From the NCBI GenBank assembly GCA_013416795.1, contig RQSC01000011.1, positions 236,721-300,720 on the forward strand: DNA of 64,000 nucleotides, read 5' to 3'. The position numbers and the translations under genes are program-made. Below are positions 54,057-64,000 of the stretch, one piece after another (positions within the stretch are counted from its first letter, which is position 1; every line of letters starts with the position of its first letter). Source of the DNA: Prasinococcaceae sp. CCMP 1430 (lineage: Eukaryota; Plantae; Prasinodermophyta). Below the pieces are notes generated by a model. The model was not told the DNA's origin. It saw nothing but the letters and a program-made list of their open reading frames with translations, and ran no database searches.

Positions 54057-55418
54057 TCAAGCACCTTCGGCGCCCGAGTCCTCCTGGTCCTCCTCGCTCC
54101 CGCTGCCACTCACGTCGATGCCTAGGTCCTTGAACGTGGAGAGATCAATCTCTGAACCGCCATCGCTGCCATCGTCGTCCCCGGCGGAGTCCTCGCCGGC
54201 GGCGCCTCCCTCTGCGGACGCGCCCGGGGACTCGGCCAGCACGTTCATGAGCTCCTCCAGCTCAGTGTCGCGCCTCAGCCCGCCGTCGGTCACCTCCTCG
54301 GCCTTGCTATCGTCCGAGTTGCTCGTAGGTGAGATGTCCGACGCGGGGTTCGTGCTGATGCTGTGCACCGACGCTGACGCGCGGCCGACCATCTGGAAGG
54401 ACATTTGGCTGCTCACCTCGCTGTCGCCGCGGCGGTGCGAGCCCGGCACCTCGAGCGGCTGCGGCAAGCCGGCAGGCGCCATCGCTGCCATGGGCGCGGC
54501 GCCCTCGGCGGCGACGGCGACACTGGCGCCTCCGGACGGAGGCAGCACCCGCGACGGATGAAGCGGCGGCTTGTCCGCGCTCGTACCGGCGCCCGCGCCT
54601 GCGCCCGCGCTTGCCACGGCGGGGCCATCCACTCGGCCCCTGTTTTCCAACAACGGGCCAGCGAGCGTGAAGTAGATCTTCCAGAATCTGCTCTCGGGTA
54701 TGTGCTTCGGGCACAGCTCGTAGCGGCAATGATCGAGGCTGGGCTCCAGTTTGGTGATGAGCAACGCGTGTGTCTCCTGCCAGGGGCTTAGCCGCCACGA
54801 TCTCCGGCTCTCCGTCTGCAACTCCGCCAACGGGAAATCGAGGAACGTTTTCACCGTGAGCGACTTGGCCAGCACGCGCAGCTCCGGGCTGATGCTGTGT
54901 TTCGCGAGATTGTCGTCGGTGAAGGACGCGCGCTCGTCGCCATCGGAGCTGCCCTCTGCGTCACGCGACAAGTCCTCCCTGAGCTCCTCAAACGCGGCGG
55001 TGGCCCTCTTCTTCGCCTCGAGCGCTCGTGTGCGCGTCGTCTGCAGGCGCTCGCGGGCAGTTGAAGGGGGAGGCGTGTAGCGCAGCCGCGGCGTCAGCCA
55101 AGGGCCAAAAGAGAAAGGCGCCACCGGTCAGTTCACTCCACTCTGGCCGGCGCGCTGGCCGGCGCGGCGCCGCACCTCTGCCACCTCCGCGGCCTCCGCA
55201 GAGAGCTTCTCCGAGAGCTCACCCGCCTTGGCTTTGGCCTCGGTGGCCAACTTCTCTGCCTGCAGCTTTGCTTTCTCCGCTTGCAGCTTGGCCTCGTTCG
55301 CCATCTCCTCGGCCTTGGCTTTGGCCTTGTCCCAGCCCTCCGACACGAACGCCGAGAACGCGCCCCACCCCGCGGCGGCTGCTTGACCCGCGGCGCCCGC
55401 GGCGCCCCCGTCCGCCAT
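54057..55418 (-). CDS. BSD-domain protein
   Basis: LSPWQETHA..L...RYELCPKHIPESRFWKIYF and an acidic tail. Exons 55418-55176 and 55040-54057. Confidence 0.82.
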
Positions 55419-55794
55419 CGCTCGCGCCCACGGGTTGGCGCGCACTCGCTGCCTCGTTGGCTGCCTTGCCTCCTGTCCCTCCCTGTCTGTCTCTGCTCCC
55501 CCCCCCCCCCCCCCCCCCCCGGACCCTTCCCCCTTTCCCCCGCGCACCTGCGCGGGGGGCGCTTTGTGCCGCTGCCCCCCCTTTCCCCCTCACCCCAGCC
55601 CCCCCCCACCACCACCGCCACCCACGGCCGGCTCGCGGCCCTGGCGGACGGCTACAACCCCGGCGCGGAGCCGGGCCGAGCCCCAGCCGGGGCGGGGCCG
55701 CGCGAAGCCCGCTCGGGCTGATGATGAGGCTCGGTCAGGCAACGGCAACGGACGGACGTGGTGGGGGGGTAGGTAAGGGGGCACGGACAGACAC

Positions 55795-55796
<2 letters not shown>

Positions 55797-55864
<68 letters not shown>
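55797..55864. repeat. (AGAC)17 microsatellite in divergent intergenic region
   Basis: Counted directly. Confidence 0.97.
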
Positions 55865-55865
<1 letters not shown>

Positions 55866-56636
55866 TCGCCAGCAACGACGGCATTCTCGGCATTCTCGGA
55901 TCAAACGCTGGGCCCCGCGCGCCCGCGCGCGCCGAAGAGAGGGGGAGAAGAAGGGAGGGGGGCGGCAAAGGAAGGGGAGAAACTTCGAAGAAAGGGTGGG
56001 GAGGGCGAGCGACGGGCACAGCGCGAGAAAACCAAAAAAAAAGGGGAAAAAAACGCCGGAGCGGGCGCGTTTTTGAGGCGGGCGCTCCGCGCGCGGCGGG
56101 GCGGGCGGGCGGAAGAAGGGTGGGTGGGTGGAAGGGGTGCCTGGGCCGGCGCCGGGCGTCGCGCGCAGCGAAGGGGCATCCACCGACACTCCACGACCAC
56201 GACGAGTGGCGCCAACCAACCAACCAATGCCAACTCATCATGCCATGACGTGATTGAGGATGATGAGTGATGAGTGGAATGGACTCGGTTCGGCACATGC
56301 GCTCGTCACAGCCGGCCGGCCGCCCCAGCACGCAAAGCCGCGGAACCGTTCCGTTTCGGTGCGTTCGGTGCGCCGTTTGTGTTCCGAAACGGAACGGCGC
56401 CGCGGCGGCTCTGGCGCCCGAACGGGCCGATGTGACGTGGCGCCCGGCAACCCGTGGGCGCGACGACGGCAAGGGGGGGGGGGGTGGAGCCGAGAGAGTG
56501 GTCCACGAAGGTAGAACAGCGACGCGGCGCAGGGGAGGAGCGCACCCTCGCTCGGCGGGGCCGGCGGACGCGCGTGGAGGGCGCGCAAGCCCGCGGGCAC
56601 GCGGAGGGGGACGCGGCGACGCCTCCCACGGGTGCG

Positions 56637-57671
56637 ATGGCGATGGCAACGCCGAATGCGGAAGTCGAGGCAATACAGGGCGTGCCCTCACCGCATCTGC
56701 TCGACATCGGTGAGCGCATTGAGCTGCCTACGCTGAGCAGCATGGCGCCGGTGATGCCACCGCGGCGCTTGAGCGTCGGCACACGGTGGCGCAAGGCGGC
56801 CGCGGGCAGCGCCAAGCCGTCGATCGCGTCGCTGCTCCCGGCCGCCGTGCTCAAGCACCGCAAGAGGAGGAGTCGCGAGCCCTCGAAATCCGCGCTGTCG
56901 ACCGAACGCTCCGGCACGACCGGCGCGATGGACGCTGTTGGCCCCCTGGAGTCGATCATGCGCGCCGAGCGCGCCAAGGACATCGAGAGCACGCGCAAGC
57001 AGCTCGCAGCTGCGCACGTGAGTGGGCGGTCGGCCGAGGAGGTTGCGGCCGAGGTGGATGCGCTCCCGTCATCGCAGCGCCAGGTCGTGCTTGCCACCAT
57101 GCTGCACAACGAACGCGCGCTGCGTGGAATCGCGAACGCATGCACGCTCATGAGCTCCTCGCATGACATGACAGAGACCCTGACCAACGTCGCGCGTGCG
57201 ACGCACGAGCTCCTCAAGCCCGCTGGGGGTGTGACCGTCCACGTGGAGGTTCCGCGCGGCAGTGCGACGGCCGGCGGTGCTGCCGGCGCCGACATGGAGC
57301 ATGACCGCACGCTCAGCGCTAAGCTGATCGAGCACGCGCTACCCGCGGAGCGCGCCGGCGTCCATGCGCTGCACCCATTGCAGCAGCTCATCGCAAATGC
57401 CTTCAACGGCGAGGTCAAGGTGTCGCACAAGAAACGCATGGGGGAGTCCAGTCTCGCCACAAGGACGTGCGCGTATGTGTGCGTACCATGTGCGAGCCCT
57501 GCCGACATGGTCGCGCAGGGCCACTCGCCAGTGATTGCCGTGATTTTGCTCAACTTCGGCGAGGGCACGGCGGGAAAACAGGCGACGGAACAGCTCGATC
57601 ATCAGATCCTTTTGTCGCTGGGGCGGCATGCAGGGACGTGCGTGGCCAACGCGCTTGCTAAACAGACGTAG
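56637..57671 (+). CDS. GAF-like domain protein
   Basis: DMTETLTNVARATHELL..V, CVPC...VIAVILLN and DHQILLSLGRHAGTCVANA follow the GAF pattern. Confidence 0.55.
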   Translation: MAMATPNAEVEAIQGVPSPHLLDIGERIELPTLSSMAPVMPPRRLSVGTRWRKAAAGSAKPSIASLLPAAVLKHRKRRSREPSKSALSTERSGTTGAMDAVGPLESIMRAERAKDIESTRKQLAAAHVSGRSAEEVAAEVDALPSSQRQVVLATMLHNERALRGIANACTLMSSSHDMTETLTNVARATHELLKPAGGVTVHVEVPRGSATAGGAAGADMEHDRTLSAKLIEHALPAERAGVHALHPLQQLIANAFNGEVKVSHKKRMGESSLATRTCAYVCVPCASPADMVAQGHSPVIAVILLNFGEGTAGKQATEQLDHQILLSLGRHAGTCVANALAKQT

Positions 57672-57802
57672 GAGGAGCTCGCGCGCACGACTGCCACTCT
57701 TCTTAGCTTGACTCGAAGTGACGCACGCTCCGTTTGTACATAAGATTGCATCATGGTGATGGGCACAGAGCTGGGCGGGCCACAGCCGCCTCGTAGACGC
57801 GC

Positions 57803-58595
57803 TCAGAACAGACCGCCAAACAGCCCATTCTTCTTTGAGACGCCCCCCGCGAGGTCAGCTTCGAGCCTACTGACCAGGAACGCAGACGTCTCCTCTCCGA
57901 AGGCCTTCTTGTAGCCCTCCCTCTTGGCGCATCTGAGCGCATATGCCGCTGTTGCCGGCAGTTGCGCATAGCTTGCGTCACGAAAGAATTGCAGCACGTA
58001 CAAGAGGTACGCCCCAACGTTGCAGTCGGCGGCGGAGAAGCCCGATGGCAGCAAGTAGGCGCCCTCACCTGCGGCCGCCAGGTGCGCCTCAAGCGCCGCG
58101 AGCGCGCGCGGAGGAGTCGCCTCCCGCACGCCTGTGTCGTACACTTTTCCGTCCGGCGTTTCCTGCGGGAGGGCGCGCGTCAGCCGCAGCGACCGAGTCG
58201 ATAGGAGCGATGCGGCTCATGCACTACAGCACGCGCGCGCGCGCGCTCACTTTAAAGAGGACGGGGTCGAGCGTCGCGTTGGCGAACACCAACCACTTGG
58301 TGATGTCAGCGCGCTCTGCGGGCGTATCAGCGCCGCCGTATGCATCGGCAAGGTACGCAAGGATTGCTCCCGACTCGAAGAGCGCCACGTCGCCGTCGCG
58401 CAACGCGGGCACTTGTCCCATCGGATGCGGATTGGACGGATCGCGCGGCGCCGCCATCTCGAAGTCCACACCACACTCGTGCATGTACCAATTGCACAGC
58501 GGCGAGCGCGAGCCCTGCGAGCCGTAGAGCGTGACAGACGCTGTGGCGGCGGCGCGCCTCCCATGCGCCCCAGCCGCGGCGCGCTTGTGTGTCAT
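57803..58595 (-). CDS. Glutathione S-transferase (cyanobacterial chi-like)
   Basis: LYGSQGSRS, NPHPMGQVPAL.DG..LFESGAILAYL and FSAAD..VG. Intron 58250-58163. Start uncertain. Confidence 0.88.
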
Positions 58596-58861
58596 TCCGC
58601 TCCTCTCCTGCTCGTCCTCCCCATCCTCGTAGTCCAACGCGCCCGCCCTGCGCGGCGATGCCCCGCCCCGCTGGGCGAGCCCCAGCAAGCGCCATCACGC
58701 CCCAGCCCGCCCTCCCACCGTGCGCAGTGTGGCCGCCCCGCCGGTGCGCAGTGCCCCGCCGCGCCGAGCGCGGCGCGTGAGCGTGAGCCACACACACACA
58801 GTGTGGATAGAGCTGCTCGACCTGCACCCTTCCGGCCGGGCCGGGCGCGGTAGTGTAAACC

Positions 58862-58903
58862 CTACCTCAAAACAAAACCCCGCTACCTCAAAACAAAACC
58901 CCG
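58862..58903. repeat. 21-bp tandem duplication CTACCTCAAAACAAAACCCCG x2 next to telo-box
   Basis: Read directly in the GST/cyclophilin divergent promoter island. Confidence 0.85.
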
Positions 58904-59062
58904 AAACGCACGCACGCTCGGTGCCGGTGGGCTGACTTGGACTTCGCGGACGCCACACTGCAGCGCAGCAGCGGCGCTCGCGCCCACCCGCGAGCGCGGG
59001 TGGCACCGGGCGGAAGGCGAGGTGTGTGGGGGGAGGACGGCGGCGGCGTCTGGGCCGCTGCG

Positions 59063-60339
59063 ATGCGCCCGCGTGGCACGCGGCGCGGCCGCAGCATGGC
59101 GCGAGCGGCTGCGGCGGTGGTGCTCGCGGCAGGGGCGCTGGGCGCGACGATGGCCTTCCTGCACCATGTGCTGAGTGCTAGGGGGATGGGCGGGGCAAGG
59201 CTGGAGAGCCTGGCCCCGTCCGTGGCGAGGAGGGGGGGGGCTTCACTTGTGATCGCGAAGGCTGTGCACGCGGCCCTACCGCCTGTGCTGGCACGCGCGC
59301 AGGCGCCGCTGTGCGCGTCAAGGCCGCACGTGGAGCTCGACGGCGCCGTGGTGCAGGCGGGCGCGGGCCCCCGTGCCGCGGCGCCCGCTGCCAATGCCGG
59401 CGAGTGCTGTGCACGCTGCACGGCACATCGCGGCTGCAACGTATGGGTGTTCTGCAGGGAGGCGTCGTGGTGTGCTGGGCAGTGCTGGCTCAAGCAGGCG
59501 GAGGCAGGCACGAACCCGCGCAACGTGCGTGTGCGCGCGCAGGGCGAGAGCGTTCCTTGGGAAAGCGGCACGCTGGACAAGGACTGGATCGATCCGGCTC
59601 GCCCGCTGCCAGCTGTCGATGTGTCGATATCTGCAATCGCACTGCGCACCGCTCACGGTGACATCGTACTGCGCCTGATGCCGGATTGGAGCCTCCCGAG
59701 CGTCGACTACCTGCGCCGCATGGCCGCCGGACTGCCCACTCAGCATGACGTGTGCACGCAGTGCGAGTTTTATCGGACAGAGGTGCGTTGCACGATCCGC
59801 GATGGGTGCAGTGCATCACTTGGAAGTGTGCACATGATGCTTACGCGTGCGTGCGCGCGCACGGTCCGGGGGCTGGATGGGTCTCGCGATCTGCTGCGCT
59901 GCTTGCGCGCTCGGCAGCCCGGATTCCTCCTACAGGGCGTCCTGCGTGGCCTTGTTCCGGCAAACACCGTGACACAGAAGGGCCCGAAGCTCATGGAGCG
60001 AGGCGAGGTCGGCTGGGCGGGAGGAGGACCAGGTCCCGACTTCTTCATCTACCTCGGTGCTCGACCGGCAGCGCACTTCGGACACGACCACACGGGTACG
60101 TGTCCGTGCGCATGCGTGGCGCGCGTGCGCACGCATGTGCGCGCATTCGTGTGTGCGTGCTGACCCCCCGTCTCCACTGCCCAGTCTTCGCACGCGTCGC
60201 CGACGAGGCGTCCATGCAGCTAATTGAGCGTATCGTGGCGATGCCGAGCAGTACACCTGGCGGACCTAACACGATGCGATTCCTCGACGAGCGCCCGCAA
60301 ATCACGGTGTTGCCGGCGAGCGTCGCAGCGTCGATTTGA
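59063..60339 (+). CDS. PAN/apple domain + cyclophilin-like domain protein with N-terminal anchor
   Basis: CCARC...CNVWVFC..CWLK (PAN), then LRT.HGDIVLRL, FYRTE|PGFLLQG, GPDFFIYL and HT|VFARV. Introns 59783-59917 and 60096-60184. Confidence 0.75.
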
Positions 60340-60554
60340 GAGCAGCCCTCTGGCCGGCGCGCCTAAAAGTACCATATATACAGTGAGCAATCGATGCGAG
60401 GACGCAAGGCGTCGATGCGAGCAAGGCGTGCGCCGTCACCGCGTGTGCAATTGCGGGCGGGCGGGCGGGCGGGCATGCGGGCGTGCGGGCATGCGGGCGT
60501 GACGGCGTGCTTGCGGGCGGGCGGGCGAGTGTGCTGCTCGCGAGTGCTCATCCG

Positions 60555-62135
60555 TCAGAGCTCGTCCTTGGCGTCGCCCTTCTTGGCGTACCTCGCAGCG
60601 AGCTCTGCGATCTCTTGTTCCTTCTTGGTAGTTCGGTCCGAGCCCGCGCCGTAGAACATGGGCGCAAACGGCTCCATGTGCACGAACTTGCCGGTGCCAG
60701 CGCGCGCCTCCTGGGTGAACTTGCCGTTGTCCCACATGACGCGCCCGCGCGAAAGCGTGGTGACAACCTTGCCCTGGTACGCGCGCCCCTCGTACACGTT
60801 GGTGTCCATGCGCGAGTGGTGCGTCTTGGCCGAGATGACGTTCTCCGCTTCGGGGTCGATGATGGCGATGTCGGCGTCCGAGCCGGCCGCAATCGCTCCC
60901 TTCTTTGGATAGACGTTGAAGATCTTGGCGGCAGCGGTGGAGGTCACCTCCACGAAACGCGAGCGCGATATCTCGCCGGTGGAGACCATCTCACCCCACA
61001 GCACGGGCATGCGCTCCTCGAGGCCGTTGACGCCGTTGGGAAGGATGCGAAAGTCGTCGCGGCCGACGGCCTTCTGCGTCGAGTTGAACACTGCGTGGTC
61101 TGTGGCGACGAGGTCGAGAAGGCCGCCCGCGAGCGCGGCGCGCAGCACCTCGCCATCCACGGCGCGCTTGCGAATGGGCGGCGACATGACGTACTGCGCG
61201 GCGAGCGTAAAGTCCTCCTCCCACATCATCGACTCGTCGAGGACGAGGCCCGACGTGACGGGCTCGCCAATGACGCGCTGGCCGCGGCGCTTGGCGGCGA
61301 TGACCTCGTCGGCGGCGCCATCGCTCATCACGTGCACCACGTACAGTGGCGCGCCAGCGAACTGCGCCAGACGCAGCGCGCGCCCGGTCGCCTCGGCCTC
61401 GAGCACCTTGGGCCTGCTGAGCGCGTGGCCCGCCGGGCCGGTCACGCCGCGTGCGATCATCTCGGCCTGGCCAACGGCGACCGCATCGCCGTTCTCCGCG
61501 TGCACCATGGGCAGCGCGCCGCTGGCAGCGCATTGGCGCAGGCCCTGCACCAGCTGCTCGTCGTTCACCATGAGCGCCCCCTTGTACGCCAGGAAGAATT
61601 TGAACGAGTTGACGCCCTCCTTCTCGGCGAGCTCGGCGAGCTCGGCGGCGACGGTGTCGTCCCAGCTCGTGACGGCCATATGGAAGCCATAGTCCATGAC
61701 GGCCTTCTTGGCCTTTTGGTGCCACTCGGCCAGGCCTTTCTTGAGGGAGCCGTCGACGGGCAGCGCGAAGTCGACGTGCATGGTCGTGCCTCCCGCGAGC
61801 GCGGCGAGGTGACCGCTCTCGAAGTCGTCGCAGGCGACCTGGCCCATGAAGGGCATGTCGAGGTGAGTGTGCGGGTCGATGCCGCCGGGGACGACGTACA
61901 TGCCTGTGGCGTCGATGACCTTGACGCCGCGGGTGGCACGCGCAGCGGTGGTGGCCGCCTCGCCGACGGCGGCGATCGTCTCGCCGTCGATGAGCACATC
62001 GGCCACGCGCTCACCGTCGAAGTTGACGACGGTGCCGCCCTTAATGAGCGTCGCCGCGTCGGCGCCCAGCGCATGCGCAGACACGCCGAGCAGCACCACG
62101 GCAACGCAGCGGCGAAGTCCTCGCACTGGACCCAT
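60555..62135 (-). CDS. PYD2: Dihydropyrimidinase (D-hydantoinase) with signal peptide and KDEL
   Basis: PGGIDPHTH, GVNSFKFF, MVHAENG, QYVMSPPIR, ATDHAVF and PNGVNGLEERM. Hydrophobic N-terminus; ends AKDEL*. Confidence 0.93.
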   Translation of the reverse strand: MGPVRGLRRCVAVVLLGVSAHALGADAATLIKGGTVVNFDGERVADVLIDGETIAAVGEAATTAARATRGVKVIDATGMYVVPGGIDPHTHLDMPFMGQVACDDFESGHLAALAGGTTMHVDFALPVDGSLKKGLAEWHQKAKKAVMDYGFHMAVTSWDDTVAAELAELAEKEGVNSFKFFLAYKGALMVNDEQLVQGLRQCAASGALPMVHAENGDAVAVGQAEMIARGVTGPAGHALSRPKVLEAEATGRALRLAQFAGAPLYVVHVMSDGAADEVIAAKRRGQRVIGEPVTSGLVLDESMMWEEDFTLAAQYVMSPPIRKRAVDGEVLRAALAGGLLDLVATDHAVFNSTQKAVGRDDFRILPNGVNGLEERMPVLWGEMVSTGEISRSRFVEVTSTAAAKIFNVYPKKGAIAAGSDADIAIIDPEAENVISAKTHHSRMDTNVYEGRAYQGKVVTTLSRGRVMWDNGKFTQEARAGTGKFVHMEPFAPMFYGAGSDRTTKKEQEIAELAARYAKKGDAKDEL

Positions 62136-62681
62136 GACTCGGCCCGGACCGTCCACACCCGAGCGCACGGTGTGCGCGGGGGGACGAACGGGGGAGTGGG
62201 TGGGTGGGGTGGGGGGAGTGGCAGAGCGTGTGGGCCTGAAGGTGTTGGTTGGTGGGGCGCCGGTGTGTGTGTGTGGAGGGGAGCAGGGGGGGACTTGCCC
62301 GCACGCGTCCGCTGCTCTCGCGCGCGCGGCCGTTTCGCCGCGCACCGATTTTCGCGGAACGCATTTCGCCGCGCTGTACGCCGCGCTCGCGCTCCCCGCC
62401 CCCATCGCCCGGCACCCGCCGCCCGGCCGCGCTCGCGGAAGGGGCGGCGCTCCCNNNNNNNNNNNNNNNNNNNNNNNNNNNNNNNNNNNNNNNNNNNNNN
62501 NNNNNNNNNNNNNNNNNNNNNNNNNNNNNNNNNNNNNNNNNNNNNNNNNNNNNNNNNNNNNNNNNNNNNNNNNNNNNNNNNNNNNNNNNNNNNNNNNNNN
62601 NNNNGAGGGGGCGTACCAGGGGAAGGGGTGAGGTGGAGTGGAGGTAAGACGAGCGGGGGAGGGGGGAAGGGAGTGGGGGGC

Positions 62682-64000
62682 ATGTCGCAGAGCGCGCATG
62701 AGCGTTTCAAGCGCGCGGCAACTGCCGCGCGCGCGGCAGCCGCGCTCGGCGGCGCGCAGCGCTACATCGACATGGACGGCGGGGACGTAGCGGAGGTGCT
62801 CGACGGCGCTCCCTTCGACGCAGACGCGACGCCTCGATCACTCAGGCAAAGGAGACCACCGCAGCTGGAGGGCGCGCCTGAGACCCGGACGGGCGTCGCT
62901 CAGACGCACGCCAAGCTTCGGAGGATGGTGCGTGGCGCCCGCGCAGCCAGCGCCGGCGCGCCGCTGCACAGTGTGCAGCTCGGAGGGGCGCGGGCGCACG
63001 CGCGCTTCCGCCGCCAAGGTGGGCCCTGACGCGCGAGAGTCACCGCGCCATCGCCACTCCGACCAGGCCGACTTCCAGTGCCACGACTACGATCCCCCCG
63101 ACAACGACGTGCAGGCCGAGGTCCTGCGCGGGCGCACGCTCAACACGTACAAGACCATCGAGGGACTGAAGTGGGTGTACAGCGCGATCATCGGCGTGGT
63201 GATGGGCGTCATCGCTTTCTCGGTCGACAGCGTCATCGAGCACATCAACGAGGTCAAGTTTTCCACGCTGCGCAGCCTCGTGGAGCGTGGCGAGAACGCC
63301 GGCGCATTCATGACCTACCTCCTGATGTGCCTGGTCTTCGCCACGGTGGCGGGCAGCATGGTGAGCTACGTGGAGCCGCTGGCGGCGGGCTCGGGCATCC
63401 CCGAGCTCAAGACGTACCTCAACGGCGTGCACCTGCGCGGTCTGCTGCGCCTAAAAACGCTGCTCGCCAAGGTGGGTGGCATCGTGTTCTCCATCTCAGC
63501 AGGGCTGATCGCGGGCAAGGAGGGGCCCTTCGTGCACGGTGGCGGCCTGGTTGGGGGTGGCATCTCCGCGATGGGATCGCGCGCGCTCTCGTTCGCGCTG
63601 CCGTCGAAATTCGCCACCTACTTCCGCAACGACGCCGACAAGCGCGACTTCGTGGCCATTGGCACAGCCGCGGGCGTTGCGGTGGCCTTCAGCGCGCCAA
63701 TCGGCGGCATGCTTTTCACCATCGAGGAGGGCGCGAGCTTCTTCTCGCAGCGGCTGCTGTGGCGCTCGTTTCTGGCCACGTGCTCGGGCGTCTTCACCGT
63801 GCACTGGCTCAACCAGCTCAAGTGGGACGCGAGCGACTTCCTGCTGGCGCGCTTTGGCACGCACAGGGACTTCGGGCTCTTTACCGACGACCAGGCAGGC
63901 TACTCGGGGATCTTTTGGTGGTACGTGTGGGAGGTGCCCATCTTCGTGCTGATGGGGGCGGCAGGCGGGCTGATGGGCGCAATGTTCATACGCGCCAACG
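62682..64000 (+). CDS. CLC: CLC chloride/proton exchanger (3'-partial)
   Basis: GSGIPE, GKEGPFVH, RDFV..G.AAGVA.AF.APIGG.LF.IEE. Exons 62682-62927 and 63040->64000. Confidence 0.92.

Noticed and set aside
55797-55864. (AGAC)17 translated as TDRQ or CLSV repeats
   Set aside because: It is a simple intergenic microsatellite with no gene context.
736-63039. Introner-like repeated introns
   Set aside because: Introns share composition and donor sequence but no extended alignable sequence by eye. An all-versus-all alignment would settle it.
1-64000. Hundreds of overlapping Arg/Ala/Pro-rich ORFs in the track
   Set aside because: They are shadow ORFs caused by scarce stop codons at high GC, with no motifs, and they overlap better-supported genes.
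1-64000. CRISPR array, rRNA, tRNA or prokaryotic operon
   Set aside because: No repeat-spacer periodicity or RNA-gene signature was seen. Spliceosomal introns and targeting peptides show a nuclear eukaryotic locus.

Overview
This is a eukaryotic, very GC-rich (roughly 70% by eye), gene-dense window. It holds about 36 protein-coding genes, short GT-AG introns (mostly about 90-230 nt, often with a GTGCG donor), and four N-gaps that all lie at gene 5' ends. Green-type plastid transit peptides without signal peptides and TTTAGGG-type telo-boxes point to a prasinophyte-grade green alga (Prasinoderma-like; inference only). Recognisable genes are a Deg/HtrA protease, PILS, three fatty-acid desaturases, bestrophin, a zeaxanthin-epoxidase-like monooxygenase, PGAM5, Serinc, a NUDT14-like hydrolase, a TBC RabGAP, TTLL1, Sec61beta, a BSD protein, GST, dihydropyrimidinase and CLC. 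No CRISPR array, rRNA, tRNA or clear transposon was seen. The most interesting items: (1) a roughly 1950-aa membrane protein joining cytosolic EF-hands to six biomphalysin-small-lobe-like Cys repeats, a WSC domain and other lectin-like modules; (2) a dense GTAC (SBP/CuRE-like) cluster and a recurring TACCAT-N-ATGGTA palindrome upstream of that gene and its two neighbours, suggesting a regulon; (3) an NTPase/UDG-family glycosylase fusion only 71 nt downstream of a spliced microprotein ORF, a candidate bicistron; (4) an intron-containing PcfJ-like gene of bacterial/phage type; (5) alpha2delta-like VWA, PDZ-ferredoxin and PAN-cyclophilin architectures. All family assignments come from motif recognition by eye, not database searches. 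Exon boundaries were inferred by hand.
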